Below are positions 1 to 9,447 of a stretch of 64,000 nt of DNA, in pieces. The position numbers were made by a program, and so were the translations under genes. How positions within the stretch are numbered: position 1 is the stretch's first letter; the number at the start of each line of letters is the position of its first letter. Under the pieces are notes generated by a model. It was given only the letters and a program-made list of their open reading frames with translations. It had not been told where the DNA came from and made no database searches. The DNA comes from a virus: IMG/VR virus record IMGVR_UViG_3300046314_000658; one strand, written 5' to 3'.

Positions 1-80
1 CTTGGAATATCGGTAGGGTATTTGCGGTTTAACGATCTCAAACTAACAAACCTATATAATGAACTAACAGAAGCTGGACA

Positions 81-146
81 TCACATTCCACTAATTTGAA
101 CAGCAAGTTCAAACCATTCTTTGGTTCGGGCGATTTCATTTGTCAT
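81..146 (-). pseudogene. 21-codon ORF (MTNEIARTKEWFELAVQISGM*), possibly the truncated start of a MazG-like pyrophosphohydrolase gene
   Basis: AAGGA SD and ATG at 146; TGA at 83-81; N-terminus recalls phage MazG-like 'xxRTxxWFxxAVP' starts (from memory). Confidence 0.3.
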
Positions 147-234
147 TTTTTAGTTCCTTAATTACGTTAATTAGTGTGGCTAGGATTGTAGTAGATGCAA
201 CAACTGTTATCACAATTTCGAGTGTCATGTGCGG

Positions 235-486
235 TTAAATTGATAGTTCAGCAAGGGTAGCAAATTGAGCTTCAGTTAGTTGTGCACCAACGATTCGTGG
301 GGCGCATTCGGCGCCTGCATCATCTAAGAATAGAATCGTTGGTACACCGCGAATACCATACTTGACAGCAATTTCCGTGTTGTCGTCGATATCATTTGCT
401 TCAATATTGATGCCACGTTGTTCAAGTTGTTTTTTCAAACCGGAACATGGGGCACACCAACTTGCTGTCATACGAACTGCTTTCAT
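235..486 (-). CDS. Thioredoxin/glutaredoxin-like protein
   Basis: WCAPC redox motif and GIRGVPT cis-Pro motif; start taken at MKAVRMT (486). Confidence 0.9.
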   Translation of the reverse strand: MKAVRMTASWCAPCSGLKKQLEQRGINIEANDIDDNTEIAVKYGIRGVPTILFLDDAGAECAPRIVGAQLTEAQFATLAELSI

Positions 487-508
487 ATATTTCTCCAAAA
501 ATTCTATA

Positions 509-1438
509 TTACCACTTTGCTTCATTTGCAATCAACTGGCGAGCTTGGATCCAACCACGGAAATTTGCAGACCACAGTGAACCGTCGCGTCGCATGTGGG
601 TTACACCTGGCTCCCATTCATCTGTAGACCCCGATGACAATTCATTTAACATTACTTTACCTTGATGCTCAACAGGGCTAGCATGGGCCGGTTCACTCTC
701 AATTAAACGAGAGAAAATCCGCTTTGCGGCGGCGCGCGTGTCATCCAGACGACGGTAACTAACCTGAGCACAACATGCAGCAGAGATTTTTAATGCTTCA
801 TCTTCCGATAACATATCACCATCTCCTGTCGTATACGCAACAGAACCATCTGAATTAATATTAGTGTTTACATACGGTAGGTGCCACTGACCTGGTTGGA
901 GAATTTGTGGTTGACTCTGGTCATATGCGAGTTGCATAACACGAGCGAGTTCATGGAATTCCGGTTGTGCATCAGGATGGTTACGGAGGTGGAAAAAGTT
1001 TGCCCACTCAGTACCTGACATGACAGTTTTCATTCGCTGCCAGGGTTCGCAAATTCGGTTTGAAATTTGCTTATGTAACCCCAGTCCCAATAGCACTTTG
1101 GTGAAACTTACAGCATCTTTCATTGCGGCAATCCACGATGCTTTGACTCCCTCCAACGTAGACCCAGTAAGTTCTTCACGAGCTGACATCCCTGACTGGT
1201 TCTTACCCCAATGCACTGGCATCGCAGGGTTATTGAGAATCAAATCAAGCATCTTTTCAACAGGAATGGCACGAGACGATGCGCTATTCTTACTCAACAT
1301 TTTATGAGTCAGCACCTCGCCGTGTATGAACCTCGGATACTCCAATTCATATGTGAGAAGGCGGGTACCACACGTGCTAGCAACACTATCTGCAATTACG
1401 CGGGCTGTAATTCCTTCACTACCAATAATTTCAATCAT
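509..1438 (-). CDS. thyX: Phage-type flavin-dependent thymidylate synthase (ThyX/Thy1-like)
   Basis: YPRFIHGEVLTH..SKNSASSRAIP, LRNHPDAQPE and HASPVEHQ motifs. Confidence 0.8.
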   Translation of the reverse strand: MIEIIGSEGITARVIADSVASTCGTRLLTYELEYPRFIHGEVLTHKMLSKNSASSRAIPVEKMLDLILNNPAMPVHWGKNQSGMSAREELTGSTLEGVKASWIAAMKDAVSFTKVLLGLGLHKQISNRICEPWQRMKTVMSGTEWANFFHLRNHPDAQPEFHELARVMQLAYDQSQPQILQPGQWHLPYVNTNINSDGSVAYTTGDGDMLSEDEALKISAACCAQVSYRRLDDTRAAAKRIFSRLIESEPAHASPVEHQGKVMLNELSSGSTDEWEPGVTHMRRDGSLWSANFRGWIQARQLIANEAKW

Positions 1439-1456
1439 TCAATTTTTTCCTTTATA

Positions 1457-1654
1457 TTAAAATGGACGGCGTTTACGCGACATCATCGATCGAAATTGGA
1501 TTTTTTCACTATATTTCCAAGATCCGTACACTAGTACAACAAATAGAAATATCAGTGTATATACCGGAATTCCAATTGCCCACCAAGGCCACGTCACATA
1601 TCCCATTACTTTCGCAATAATCAAAAGTAGTGTCAACGCTAATAATGTTTTCAT
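1457..1654 (-). CDS. Small two-TM membrane protein
   Basis: Two hydrophobic segments, TWPWW motif, basic tail. Confidence 0.6.
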   Translation of the reverse strand: MKTLLALTLLLIIAKVMGYVTWPWWAIGIPVYTLIFLFVVLVYGSWKYSEKIQFRSMMSRKRRPF

Positions 1655-1714
1655 GTTTGTCTCATCATAAAAATAGCCCACAACGTGAGCTACTGTGCAG
1701 GTGTTATTTACTGC

Positions 1715-2655
1715 TTACTTTTTGGTGGCTTTGAAGGGGGTCATACCACCCGTCGCTGCGTTAACATTAACTTCGTTCCACCCTGGCTGATATTGGCCTT
1801 CTTTCAACTCGCTCATATTTTGCATGATGCAAGTTTGTAGTGCACTAATGTTTGCTGCGCGCTGACCAGAGAATTGTCGAGTGACGAATACGTTTTGCAC
1901 AGCCAGGCTGTTGTTGTTATATACCGCAATGTTTTTGTAGTTCAGTGCTTTCACTTTATACGGCTCGCTGATTGGGGCGTCAAACGGAACCATTGTTAGG
2001 CCAGATGATTGAGTGAGTGTTTTCACTGTACCAGAAGGCCATCCACTTACCGTAAATGCGGCTGCAACCTGACCTTTTTTAACCATTTCAAATGCTGCGC
2101 CATCATCCTTGGCATCAACGAACTGCATACCATAACCAAACTGTTTGTCAAGACGTCGACCAAGCAACTGTGCAGAACCTACTAGAGCAACTGGTTTACC
2201 ACGTAGTTCAGAGAAGCGGTTAATTACAACTGTTTGTGCTTTGCCTTCCATAAAGCCACCAAACTTCTTTTCACCTTGAATGATAAAGCCTGCAGATGAC
2301 GTGATGACGTGCAGATAGTTGTTATTGACCGGAAGGATCGATTGCAGCGCAGCGATATTGTCATCACCAGTCTTCATATCTGTCCACGTATCCACTTGGA
2401 CAAACCCTACATCAGCTTCCTTAGTGGAAAGTGAGGTGAGATTGTCTAGACCACCTGCTGTGGTTACCTCACATAGATTTACTTTAGCGCCACAGACTTT
2501 GGCAACATCGGCAAACAGCAGTGAAAATCCCTTGCCTTTAGGGCCAGTAGCTACCTTGATGCCTTCACATTCAGCAGCAGGTGCACCATCAGCTGGAGCA
2601 GCCGATGCATTAACAGCAAACGCTACTAGGGCGGCAAGTACGATTGATTTTTCAT
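1715..2655 (-). CDS. TAXI/TRAP-type periplasmic solute-binding-like protein; ATG is out of frame by one base in an A5 run
   Basis: Frame continues upstream of the ORF-track start as KSIVLAALVAFAVNASA (signal peptide)...IKVATGPKGKGFS...TTAGGLDNL...ADVGFVQVD; ATG at 2655 is followed by only 5 A. Confidence 0.7.
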
Positions 2656-2667
2656 ATAGATTCTTTC

Positions 2668-2805
2668 TTAGAGATTAAACTTGGTTTGATGTTGATTGGG
2701 AATAGGTTGAATAATAGGACCATCATCCTTCGCGAATACAGCATATAGAATGACTGCAACAAACATTGCAGATGCTACATATTTGAATAGTTTGTAAAAA
2801 TCCAT
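2668..2805 (-). CDS. 45-aa single-TM membrane protein (MDFYKLFKYVASAMFVAVILYAVFAKDDG...)
   Basis: Translated by hand; CAGGA SD; below ORF-track cutoff. Confidence 0.55.
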   Translation of the reverse strand: MDFYKLFKYVASAMFVAVILYAVFAKDDGPIIQPIPNQHQTKFNL

Positions 2806-2865
2806 TTGGATCCTGGTGTTGTTAAGGTAAGTTGATTATGACTGAAGTTGAAATTGGGTTCAACC

Positions 2866-3291
2866 CTAACAGAGAGCGAAGTCATTTCGAGCGAGGTCTT
2901 TCAACCTCCAATCAATCGCGTTCCACAGAACATTATCACCCCAGTTGTAGTTGTCCTCGATGTTCCACACAATTTGCTTTCGCACGATATCATCTTTATA
3001 ACCAACTGCTTCAAACTCTCTATGCGCTTGGAGTGCATTTTCAGCATTCATAAAAATAATGTGATCAGCCCAATTGATTAAGTTGCAACTCAATGGGATC
3101 AACGCAATGTTAACTGCACTCCCACAAGCACGTGCATTGTATCCGTGACTAGATGCAACCATTTGTGCAGTTGGGCTACGAAGCATTCCGACTGAGCAGA
3201 CAAACAGGAGCCTCTTAGCTGATGTTTGACTGCTGTTATCGTACGGACACCGATCACTAAAGATCTGCTGTGTTTTGGTTTGCTTCACCAT
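2866..3291 (-). CDS. Low-molecular-weight protein tyrosine phosphatase-like protein
   Basis: LLFVCSVGMLRSPTA (CX5RS P-loop), WADHIIFM, IED. Confidence 0.85.
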   Translation of the reverse strand: MVKQTKTQQIFSDRCPYDNSSQTSAKRLLFVCSVGMLRSPTAQMVASSHGYNARACGSAVNIALIPLSCNLINWADHIIFMNAENALQAHREFEAVGYKDDIVRKQIVWNIEDNYNWGDNVLWNAIDWRLKDLARNDFALC

Positions 3292-3295
3292 CAGA

Positions 3296-4426
3296 CTAGT
3301 CTTTCATTTTCGACAAATATAAATTTGAGATTGCTTTCCAGGTGAACCGCTTGCGAGAGTTGGCCTTGAATACAAGTCCTTCACGGTTTACGGTTGGGTT
3401 GATCAGAGACTTGCCATCAGCCATTTTGATAACATCGTCGATCGTCTTGTCACCAAACGTCCAGTTAGCATCGACGAGCGGAGCTTGTGTGAAACCATAC
3501 TTTGCTGCAAATTCTGCACGCTCAGTGGGATCCATATAGCGCCCCCCTTCATTAGGCAACTGCACATCAAATAGACGGAACTCGTGCTTATTCAACTTAT
3601 AATGATTTTGCTGGACGCCTGGCCCAATTAATTCAAATTGTACAGCGATGTCTTGACCAAATTCACGTAGTTTTTGCTCTACGCCCAAAGCACGAGCAGT
3701 ATCCCAAAAGGTATTTCCTTCTGTTTCCTTTAGATCAAGATTTCGCGAGCACGTACCAAATTCTCCATCCAAAATATAACAGGTAGTGGACGACCCTTCA
3801 CACTTCTCTTGCACTTCGTATGTTTCCGCTTGAAGCACGCCGTTGGCAAACGCACGGGTCAGATTTTGGATGCGTTCCTGATCAGTTTTCACAATTCGAG
3901 ACGGAAAGTTACCACGAGCCATACCAGCGAGTTGGGCGGAGACTGGTGCTTCCCACTTTTGAATGCCAAGCACGTCTGTCACGTCATCACCTTCAATAAC
4001 AAATCCACCCATAGGGTTGCCACAAAGTTCAACCATCTTGTCAGTTACCACTTTTACAGGAAGCAGCAAACCCTGGGAGATTTGCCCCTTCAACCTGATA
4101 GTTCGCAGCTTTTCACCATCAACACCGTTGTACGTCTTCGGAAAGTGACCGGGCTTCGTCAAGAACGGAGCAAGAGTATTTGGGATGAAGCTGTCAATTT
4201 CAAAATATGCCGCAAGCGAGCCGACAGAAAATTCCCCTTTTTTCACCACTACGTCCCAGTTGAGAACCCGTGCAACCTCGATGTTATCTGCACCTTCAAT
4301 AGGTGAGATGGAGACGATTTTTTGAATTGTGGCGAGCTTGCGGAAGCGCACTGCTTCGGCGATCGTTTGGCCTTCTGCATTGAGCAGTTCTGCAGCGGGG
4401 GTAGATGTAATATTGATTTCTGTCAT
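3296..4426 (-). CDS. RNA ligase, DRB0094 family
   Basis: RKLATIQKI..ISPIEGADNIE N-terminal domain; KTDQERIQN; motif I EKCEGSS; REGLVFK; WKAISN. Confidence 0.9.
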   Translation of the reverse strand: MTEINITSTPAAELLNAEGQTIAEAVRFRKLATIQKIVSISPIEGADNIEVARVLNWDVVVKKGEFSVGSLAAYFEIDSFIPNTLAPFLTKPGHFPKTYNGVDGEKLRTIRLKGQISQGLLLPVKVVTDKMVELCGNPMGGFVIEGDDVTDVLGIQKWEAPVSAQLAGMARGNFPSRIVKTDQERIQNLTRAFANGVLQAETYEVQEKCEGSSTTCYILDGEFGTCSRNLDLKETEGNTFWDTARALGVEQKLREFGQDIAVQFELIGPGVQQNHYKLNKHEFRLFDVQLPNEGGRYMDPTERAEFAAKYGFTQAPLVDANWTFGDKTIDDVIKMADGKSLINPTVNREGLVFKANSRKRFTWKAISNLYLSKMKD

Positions 4427-4540
4427 ATAAAACCTTATTGATAATTGTTGTGGTGATATAATATAGCCACTATTGGATTTTGATATAGTAAGTAATTATT
4501 ATCAATGTTAGTAATGTTGGGTTCAAGCGCGTTGGGGGTT

Positions 4541-4702
4541 CTACTCAACAACCCATTCTTGATATTCACGCCACTCGAAGGCAGTAGATTTAAATTCGTC
4601 CTTCCAAACAAGTGCTTCTACCTCATCCGCAAAAACTTTCCATACTTCCTTAAAAATGTCGCAGGAGTCGTAGTAACAAGTATACCCAATATAGACTATC
4701 AT
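4541..4702 (-). CDS. 53-aa hypothetical protein (MIVYIGYTCYYDSCDIF...)
   Basis: Translated by hand; ATGA overlap with the upstream gene's stop. Confidence 0.55.
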   Translation of the reverse strand: MIVYIGYTCYYDSCDIFKEVWKVFADEVEALVWKDEFKSTAFEWREYQEWVVE

Positions 4703-4914
4703 TTAAAATATCCCTCTGTTGGATGAGCTTTTACAATACCAGGGTTCGGAAACCCGCCAAAACCTTCACACGGACTGTCAACGTTGACACTCTTGGGAGT
4801 AAATCCATAGTTTACTTCAACGTATTTGACAATTTCAACTAACGTAGGATCAACACCATCGAATACGAGCGTGACCCAACCATCGAGGTAATTTTTACTA
4901 CTATCGTAAATCAT
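4699..4914 (-). CDS. Hypothetical protein
   Basis: ORF in a tight operon; AAGGA SD before MIYDSS. Confidence 0.6.
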   Translation of the reverse strand: MIYDSSKNYLDGWVTLVFDGVDPTLVEIVKYVEVNYGFTPKSVNVDSPCEGFGGFPNPGIVKAHPTEGYFK

Positions 4915-4918
4915 GGTG

Positions 4919-5128
4919 TTATCCTTTGATTCCAAATTCGATCATAATATCGTCAGCAATGTCTTCATAGTCATCTTCACTAACACCAGGGTTGCTACTG
5001 AAATAGCTGTACCCCTCCATCTCCCGCGTGTGCTTTGCAATCACTGCAACAATACGCTGGCGAACAGCAAACTCTTCTGGTGTCATCTGAGCACTTTCAG
5101 GGCACCCTGGGTTAAACCATCTTGCCAT
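4919..5128 (-). CDS. Hypothetical protein
   Basis: AGGAG SD; downstream of a consensus sigma70 promoter. Confidence 0.65.
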   Translation of the reverse strand: MARWFNPGCPESAQMTPEEFAVRQRIVAVIAKHTREMEGYSYFSSNPGVSEDDYEDIADDIMIEFGIKG

Positions 5129-5159
5129 TTCTCACTCCTGTAATCGTGTTGGTGAGGTA

Positions 5160-5188
5160 ATTATATACCCCTTTTCTCGCAATGTCAA
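5160..5188 (-). promoter_or_regulatory. Sigma70-type early promoter
   Basis: TTGACA-17 nt-TATAAT, perfect consensus. Confidence 0.85.
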
Positions 5189-5192
5189 CCTA

Positions 5193-5603
5193 TTAATTCT
5201 TGTACAAAATAGCTTGCTGAGGATACGTTTGACCGAGTTGAGTGGGAAGCAAAATTCGCTGACCGCTAACTTCATACTCAACGTACGTATTGTGGACGTC
5301 TACAACGGTTGTTGTTTTACCACTTGAACGCGACTCCCGATGACCTTCAGCAACAAACCCGGCAAGTGTACCAACTACCTGTGTATTCGAATATACCTTT
5401 GGTTCTTGATTCGTCCACACATACGAAACACAATAAACAAACCCAAGGATAGCTGCAAGGATCAGTGTAATTCCGAACACACTCAATTCTTCCTCTTTCG
5501 CACGATATAGTGCAGATAACCAAACTAACACAGCAGGAATCGCTATCAAAAAGAAACCGAGGTGGTTAATTTGTTCTGTAGGGATCGGTGCAAAAGTATA
5601 CAT
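5193..5603 (-). CDS. Two-TM membrane protein with C-terminal beta domain
   Basis: Two hydrophobic helices followed by a soluble beta-rich region. Confidence 0.65.
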   Translation of the reverse strand: MYTFAPIPTEQINHLGFFLIAIPAVLVWLSALYRAKEEELSVFGITLILAAILGFVYCVSYVWTNQEPKVYSNTQVVGTLAGFVAEGHRESRSSGKTTTVVDVHNTYVEYEVSGQRILLPTQLGQTYPQQAILYKN

Positions 5604-5659
5604 TTCTCGTGTCCTATTTGTTTGTCAATAGGATTATTATACCCCACTAACTCAAAAGG

Positions 5660-5950
5660 TCAACGACGCATCTTTGCTGTATCAGTTGCTGCTTCTTTGC
5701 TAAAGACAGGCACAAGATTGCTTTTATGCATTGTTGCAATGCCTACGATAGCAGACCCGCTGTATTGTGGCGATGGTTTCAGTGCAGTCGAGCCACCTGG
5801 CGTGGATACACTCCGGTAAGTCTGCGTGACACGCACACCTGTACTGGTATCAACTGTTGTCCACGGCTTTATTCCAGACGGAACAGGCCCCTTTCCATAG
5901 CGCTGGACTTTTACTGGCTTGACTTTTGGTGTGTAGTCAATCTTTTTCAT
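5660..5950 (-). CDS. Conserved hypothetical phage protein
   Basis: GIATMHKSNLVPVF motif, recalled from T4-like phage hypotheticals. Confidence 0.7.
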   Translation of the reverse strand: MKKIDYTPKVKPVKVQRYGKGPVPSGIKPWTTVDTSTGVRVTQTYRSVSTPGGSTALKPSPQYSGSAIVGIATMHKSNLVPVFSKEAATDTAKMRR

Positions 5951-5971
5951 GTAAACAATTCTAATAGCAAA

Positions 5972-6601
5972 TTACAGTAAAATATTATCAGTGCGGCTGG
6001 GGAACGGATCTCTGGATGGAGGGCGATACACAGGATTAAAATTAGATTGCAATTGATATCCTTTACGCGTCCAATTAGACAAGTAGAAGGTGTTGGGCGT
6101 AGTAGTGGAAGCTATGTCACCTAACCAGATGTGTTGCTTACCCATACCTTCCCAAGGGTTGATGGTGAAGCTATTTGCATCACTGCCACCAGCATCTTTG
6201 TAATGTTGATACATTGTTAACAATACAGACCGTTTGAACGCTCGCACCTTACCAATGGCACCACCAGTTGCATTGGAGAATTCGTTACTAACAAATATCC
6301 AATAGTCTGCTGTTGATAGTTCGATGCCAGATGGACGATGTACGCCTGCACGATCCGCTTTGCTTTGGCGATACTCAACCTGTAGTAACTTACGGAACTG
6401 GCATTTAACTTCGAAAGTCAACCCAGCATCCAAGTCTTTGAAGTCATATTCTGGGTGGTACCCATTACGTCCAATAGGTTGATCAATATTTGTCATACCC
6501 AGCAGCCCAGCCAAGGCAGCCTCAACTTGATTACTATACCGATAGTGGGCAAGTGGATCTGCAGGATTTTCCGTATACAAGAGAGAGTGTTCGACAATCA
6601 T
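5972..6601 (-). CDS. PD-(D/E)XK nuclease-like protein
   Basis: YDF...FEVK core plus SGIELSTADYWIFV motif. Confidence 0.6.
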   Translation of the reverse strand: MIVEHSLLYTENPADPLAHYRYSNQVEAALAGLLGMTNIDQPIGRNGYHPEYDFKDLDAGLTFEVKCQFRKLLQVEYRQSKADRAGVHRPSGIELSTADYWIFVSNEFSNATGGAIGKVRAFKRSVLLTMYQHYKDAGGSDANSFTINPWEGMGKQHIWLGDIASTTTPNTFYLSNWTRKGYQLQSNFNPVYRPPSRDPFPSRTDNILL

Positions 6602-6619
6602 ATTATGACAATAAACAAA

Positions 6620-7150
6620 TTAAAAACGCTGTGATGGATGGTCAGGACCTTGATACTGCTGACGGCTTCCACTTTGTTGTTGAGTATCAGGAGATACGGA
6701 AATTACGACAGGAATTGTGGGACCAGGTTGGTAATTCAATACAGTCGAACTGGTGTAACCTTGAAATGTGTATGTAACCCGATATCCCCTAATCCGCTCG
6801 GCAACGCTATCTGGCTCGCACTGCTGTTGGTACTGGTTGCTGGTCGTTGGCTGACCCGAACCCCACACTGCTCCAATTCCTGCACCTAGAGCAGTTGCGG
6901 CAAGTTTACCATCACCTTGACCAACTTGACTCCCAACTGCACCACCTACGATACCACCAAGAATCGACATTCCGGTATTATTCTGCGGTTGCGGCTGACC
7001 AGGTACTTGATAGCAACGACCAGGCTGGCGAATTTGCTCCATCATTGGTTGAACATTCATAACCTGTGCAACATCGCGAGTGACGATCTGTTGAGCAAGT
7101 GCTGATGTAGCTAACACACTAACAACTAAGGCGGTGGCAATTCGTTTCAT
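6620..7150 (-). CDS. Glycine-zipper 2TM (YcfJ-like) exported protein
   Basis: Signal peptide; GGIVGGAVGSQVGQGDGK..ATALGAGIGA; GYRVTYTFQG. Confidence 0.85.
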   Translation of the reverse strand: MKRIATALVVSVLATSALAQQIVTRDVAQVMNVQPMMEQIRQPGRCYQVPGQPQPQNNTGMSILGGIVGGAVGSQVGQGDGKLAATALGAGIGAVWGSGQPTTSNQYQQQCEPDSVAERIRGYRVTYTFQGYTSSTVLNYQPGPTIPVVISVSPDTQQQSGSRQQYQGPDHPSQRF

Positions 7151-7221
7151 TCAAACTCCAGTTTGTAAAGTAATGTGGTAATTGTAACCCCATTTTAACA
7201 TAAAGACAACAGTAAGCATAC

Positions 7222-7247
7222 GAAAAAAGCCCACAAAGGGCTTTTTC
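7222..7247. terminator. Rho-independent terminator
   Basis: AAAAAAGCCC-acaaa-GGGCTTTTT hairpin with tails on both sides. Confidence 0.7.
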
Positions 7248-7264
7248 ACGTCGCACAGATGTTG

Positions 7265-7573
7265 TTAGTTAGATCGAGTGGGAATGCCAAGTGCAGCCAT
7301 GCGACGAGCAACGGTAGAGGGGGATACTCCCACGCGTGCACTAATTTGTCGAAGAGATTCATTGCGTGCCCAATAGGCGGTTACCAATTTAGGTGCAGAT
7401 AACTGTTCACTCGGGCGACCCGGTGCTTGCACCGATTTACCAGCAGATTTTAGTACACGAATTACAGTAGATCCTGAAATTCCAAGCATTTTACCGGTGA
7501 TTTCACGAGAGCCAGTTACTCGATAAACAGCGTTGATTGCATTAATAGCAATAGATGATTTAGAAATAGACAT
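7265..7573 (-). CDS. Double helix-turn-helix DNA-binding protein
   Basis: SREITGKMLGISGSTVIRVL and SLRQISARVGVSPSTVARRM. Confidence 0.75.
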   Translation of the reverse strand: MSISKSSIAINAINAVYRVTGSREITGKMLGISGSTVIRVLKSAGKSVQAPGRPSEQLSAPKLVTAYWARNESLRQISARVGVSPSTVARRMAALGIPTRSN

Positions 7574-7667
7574 TGAGTTTCCTTTGAAGATAAATGTAGA
7601 AATGCAGATGCAAGTCATACTGCAAGGTTGACTATCACACATTCGATAAATGTGCTCAACCGCAGTT

Positions 7668-8174
7668 TTACGCAGTTAATGCGAATGCTGCAAACTGAGC
7701 AGGAGACAAAGCTGCTAGTTTATCGAGTACCAATGCTTTACCTAATTTCTTGACCAGAGCTGTAATTTCTTGATATGAAAACGCACCATTCTGATACGCT
7801 TCCAATGCGGTTTCGTATTGGCGCACACGTCCCCATTTTTCCACACGTTGCGGCGCTTCTCGTTTAGCGCGAGTGAATGCTGTTGTGGGAAACATAGTAG
7901 GACCGGTGATTGAGCGAAGGTCTGTTGCACGCAAATCATTGCGAGTACACCACGCATCAAACTCATCACCAAACTCGTCAACAATTTCACACACAATCGA
8001 ATCAATATCATGCTTGTTATCAACGAGCAACCTGTAGTCACCTCGATTGGTGTCTTCTGCATCTGTGCGCTGCGTACCTGCGAGGAAGCTGGATTTTACA
8101 TCAGTAGTAGCTGCATAACCGTAATACACTTGGACAGTGTGTGCACCAGAAACGCGATACAGGAATGTAGTCAT
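7668..8174 (-). CDS. Hypothetical protein
   Basis: 168-aa ORF downstream of a TTGACT-17-TAAAAT promoter (about 8206-8234). Confidence 0.65.
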   Translation of the reverse strand: MTTFLYRVSGAHTVQVYYGYAATTDVKSSFLAGTQRTDAEDTNRGDYRLLVDNKHDIDSIVCEIVDEFGDEFDAWCTRNDLRATDLRSITGPTMFPTTAFTRAKREAPQRVEKWGRVRQYETALEAYQNGAFSYQEITALVKKLGKALVLDKLAALSPAQFAAFALTA

Positions 8175-8238
8175 AAAAAGGACCCTTCTCAATTAAGATA
8201 GGGTCATTTTATACAAACACGAAACAAAAGTCAACAGG

Positions 8239-9351
8239 TTAACTAGTTTGTTGAACAACAACTGTAATTTTGTAAGTAATTTTCCAAGAACGTGATGCAT
8301 CCTTTTGAAGTGGTGAGAATACTAAATGAGTAAGCATTCGTTCACGCTCGTTCTGTGGGTAGGTAGGATTATCTTCTTCACCCTGTGGTTGGCCAGTGAC
8401 CGAGGAACTAAGACCAAGGTATGCGGTAGCACCTGCTGGTACAGATGTAGATAGCCCAAGGTGGTTGAACAACCAGGGACGCCCATTAGTCAGTCCAGTT
8501 CCATTAGACATATCGCTAATTGCAACAGATGATCCAGTTCCAGCAATTATCGAACGCAATCTTAAATTACCAAGCGTGTTCACACCAGGTTGAGTGACTT
8601 GAGCAACAACACCAAGTTGCAATGCATCTATTGCTTGTTTTAAATCTGTATATGTTACCACCCCACCTGTGCCTGTACCAATTGGAGTGACGCTAGCACT
8701 CTTGAATGTTCCATCAACTGTCAAGTCAAATTGATACGTCAGCCCAGATACCAAAAACGTATTATCAAGATATGTTTTACCAGCAACTAATACAACATCT
8801 TGGTATCCTTGTGTTGCAACAGGTGGAAGACCTGCAGTGAATAATCCCAATTCATCAAACGTATATACCCCATTCGTCGAGCTAATCAAACTATTCGACA
8901 ACTGGGCAGTGGGTTCCTGACTGTTGATAACACAAGTAACAATAACCTGACTCTCACCTGTTGGTAGTTTGACACTGCGTACGCCCGCAATGCCCAATCC
9001 ATCACCGCCTGGGAATGCGCCAACACCTTGACCAAGCTGAGATGAACCCTCATCAACAACCTCATTATAAGTCTCGTTGTATAGCCGACTCTGCCAGCCT
9101 GCTAGATCTGGTGATACCCCATCATTTGGGCGGCGGAATGATGTAGCACCTGTTGCATCAATATACGTTCCACCGTTACCCAATGCAAGTTTAAATATGG
9201 TACTATTGAGCTCACCAGCAAGAGCACGGGCGATAATACGAGAGAGATTTTGTGGATGAACGCTGTTTTGCTTTGATAGAATAACTTGTCCCAAATCATC
9301 CTCAATCATCACATCACCTCGGACGCCAATATTAAATAACTCATTGCTCAT
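8239..9351 (-). CDS. Putative virion structural (tail/baseplate-associated) protein
   Basis: LALGNGGT, FDELGLF and LTHLVFSP motifs; G/T/S-rich; late TAAATA upstream. Confidence 0.55.
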   Translation of the reverse strand: MSNELFNIGVRGDVMIEDDLGQVILSKQNSVHPQNLSRIIARALAGELNSTIFKLALGNGGTYIDATGATSFRRPNDGVSPDLAGWQSRLYNETYNEVVDEGSSQLGQGVGAFPGGDGLGIAGVRSVKLPTGESQVIVTCVINSQEPTAQLSNSLISSTNGVYTFDELGLFTAGLPPVATQGYQDVVLVAGKTYLDNTFLVSGLTYQFDLTVDGTFKSASVTPIGTGTGGVVTYTDLKQAIDALQLGVVAQVTQPGVNTLGNLRLRSIIAGTGSSVAISDMSNGTGLTNGRPWLFNHLGLSTSVPAGATAYLGLSSSVTGQPQGEEDNPTYPQNERERMLTHLVFSPLQKDASRSWKITYKITVVVQQTS

Positions 9352-9402
9352 ATTTTTCCTTGTCTAGTAGAGTTTATTTATGCGATATTTTACGGACCAA
9401 CA

Positions 9403-9428
9403 AAAAAGCCACCGCAACGGGTGGCTTA
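9403..9428 (-). terminator. Rho-independent terminator
   Basis: AAGCCACC-loop-GGTGGCTT with U-tract on the minus strand. Confidence 0.7.
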
Positions 9429-9447
9429 TACTCACAGCAGATTAGGA

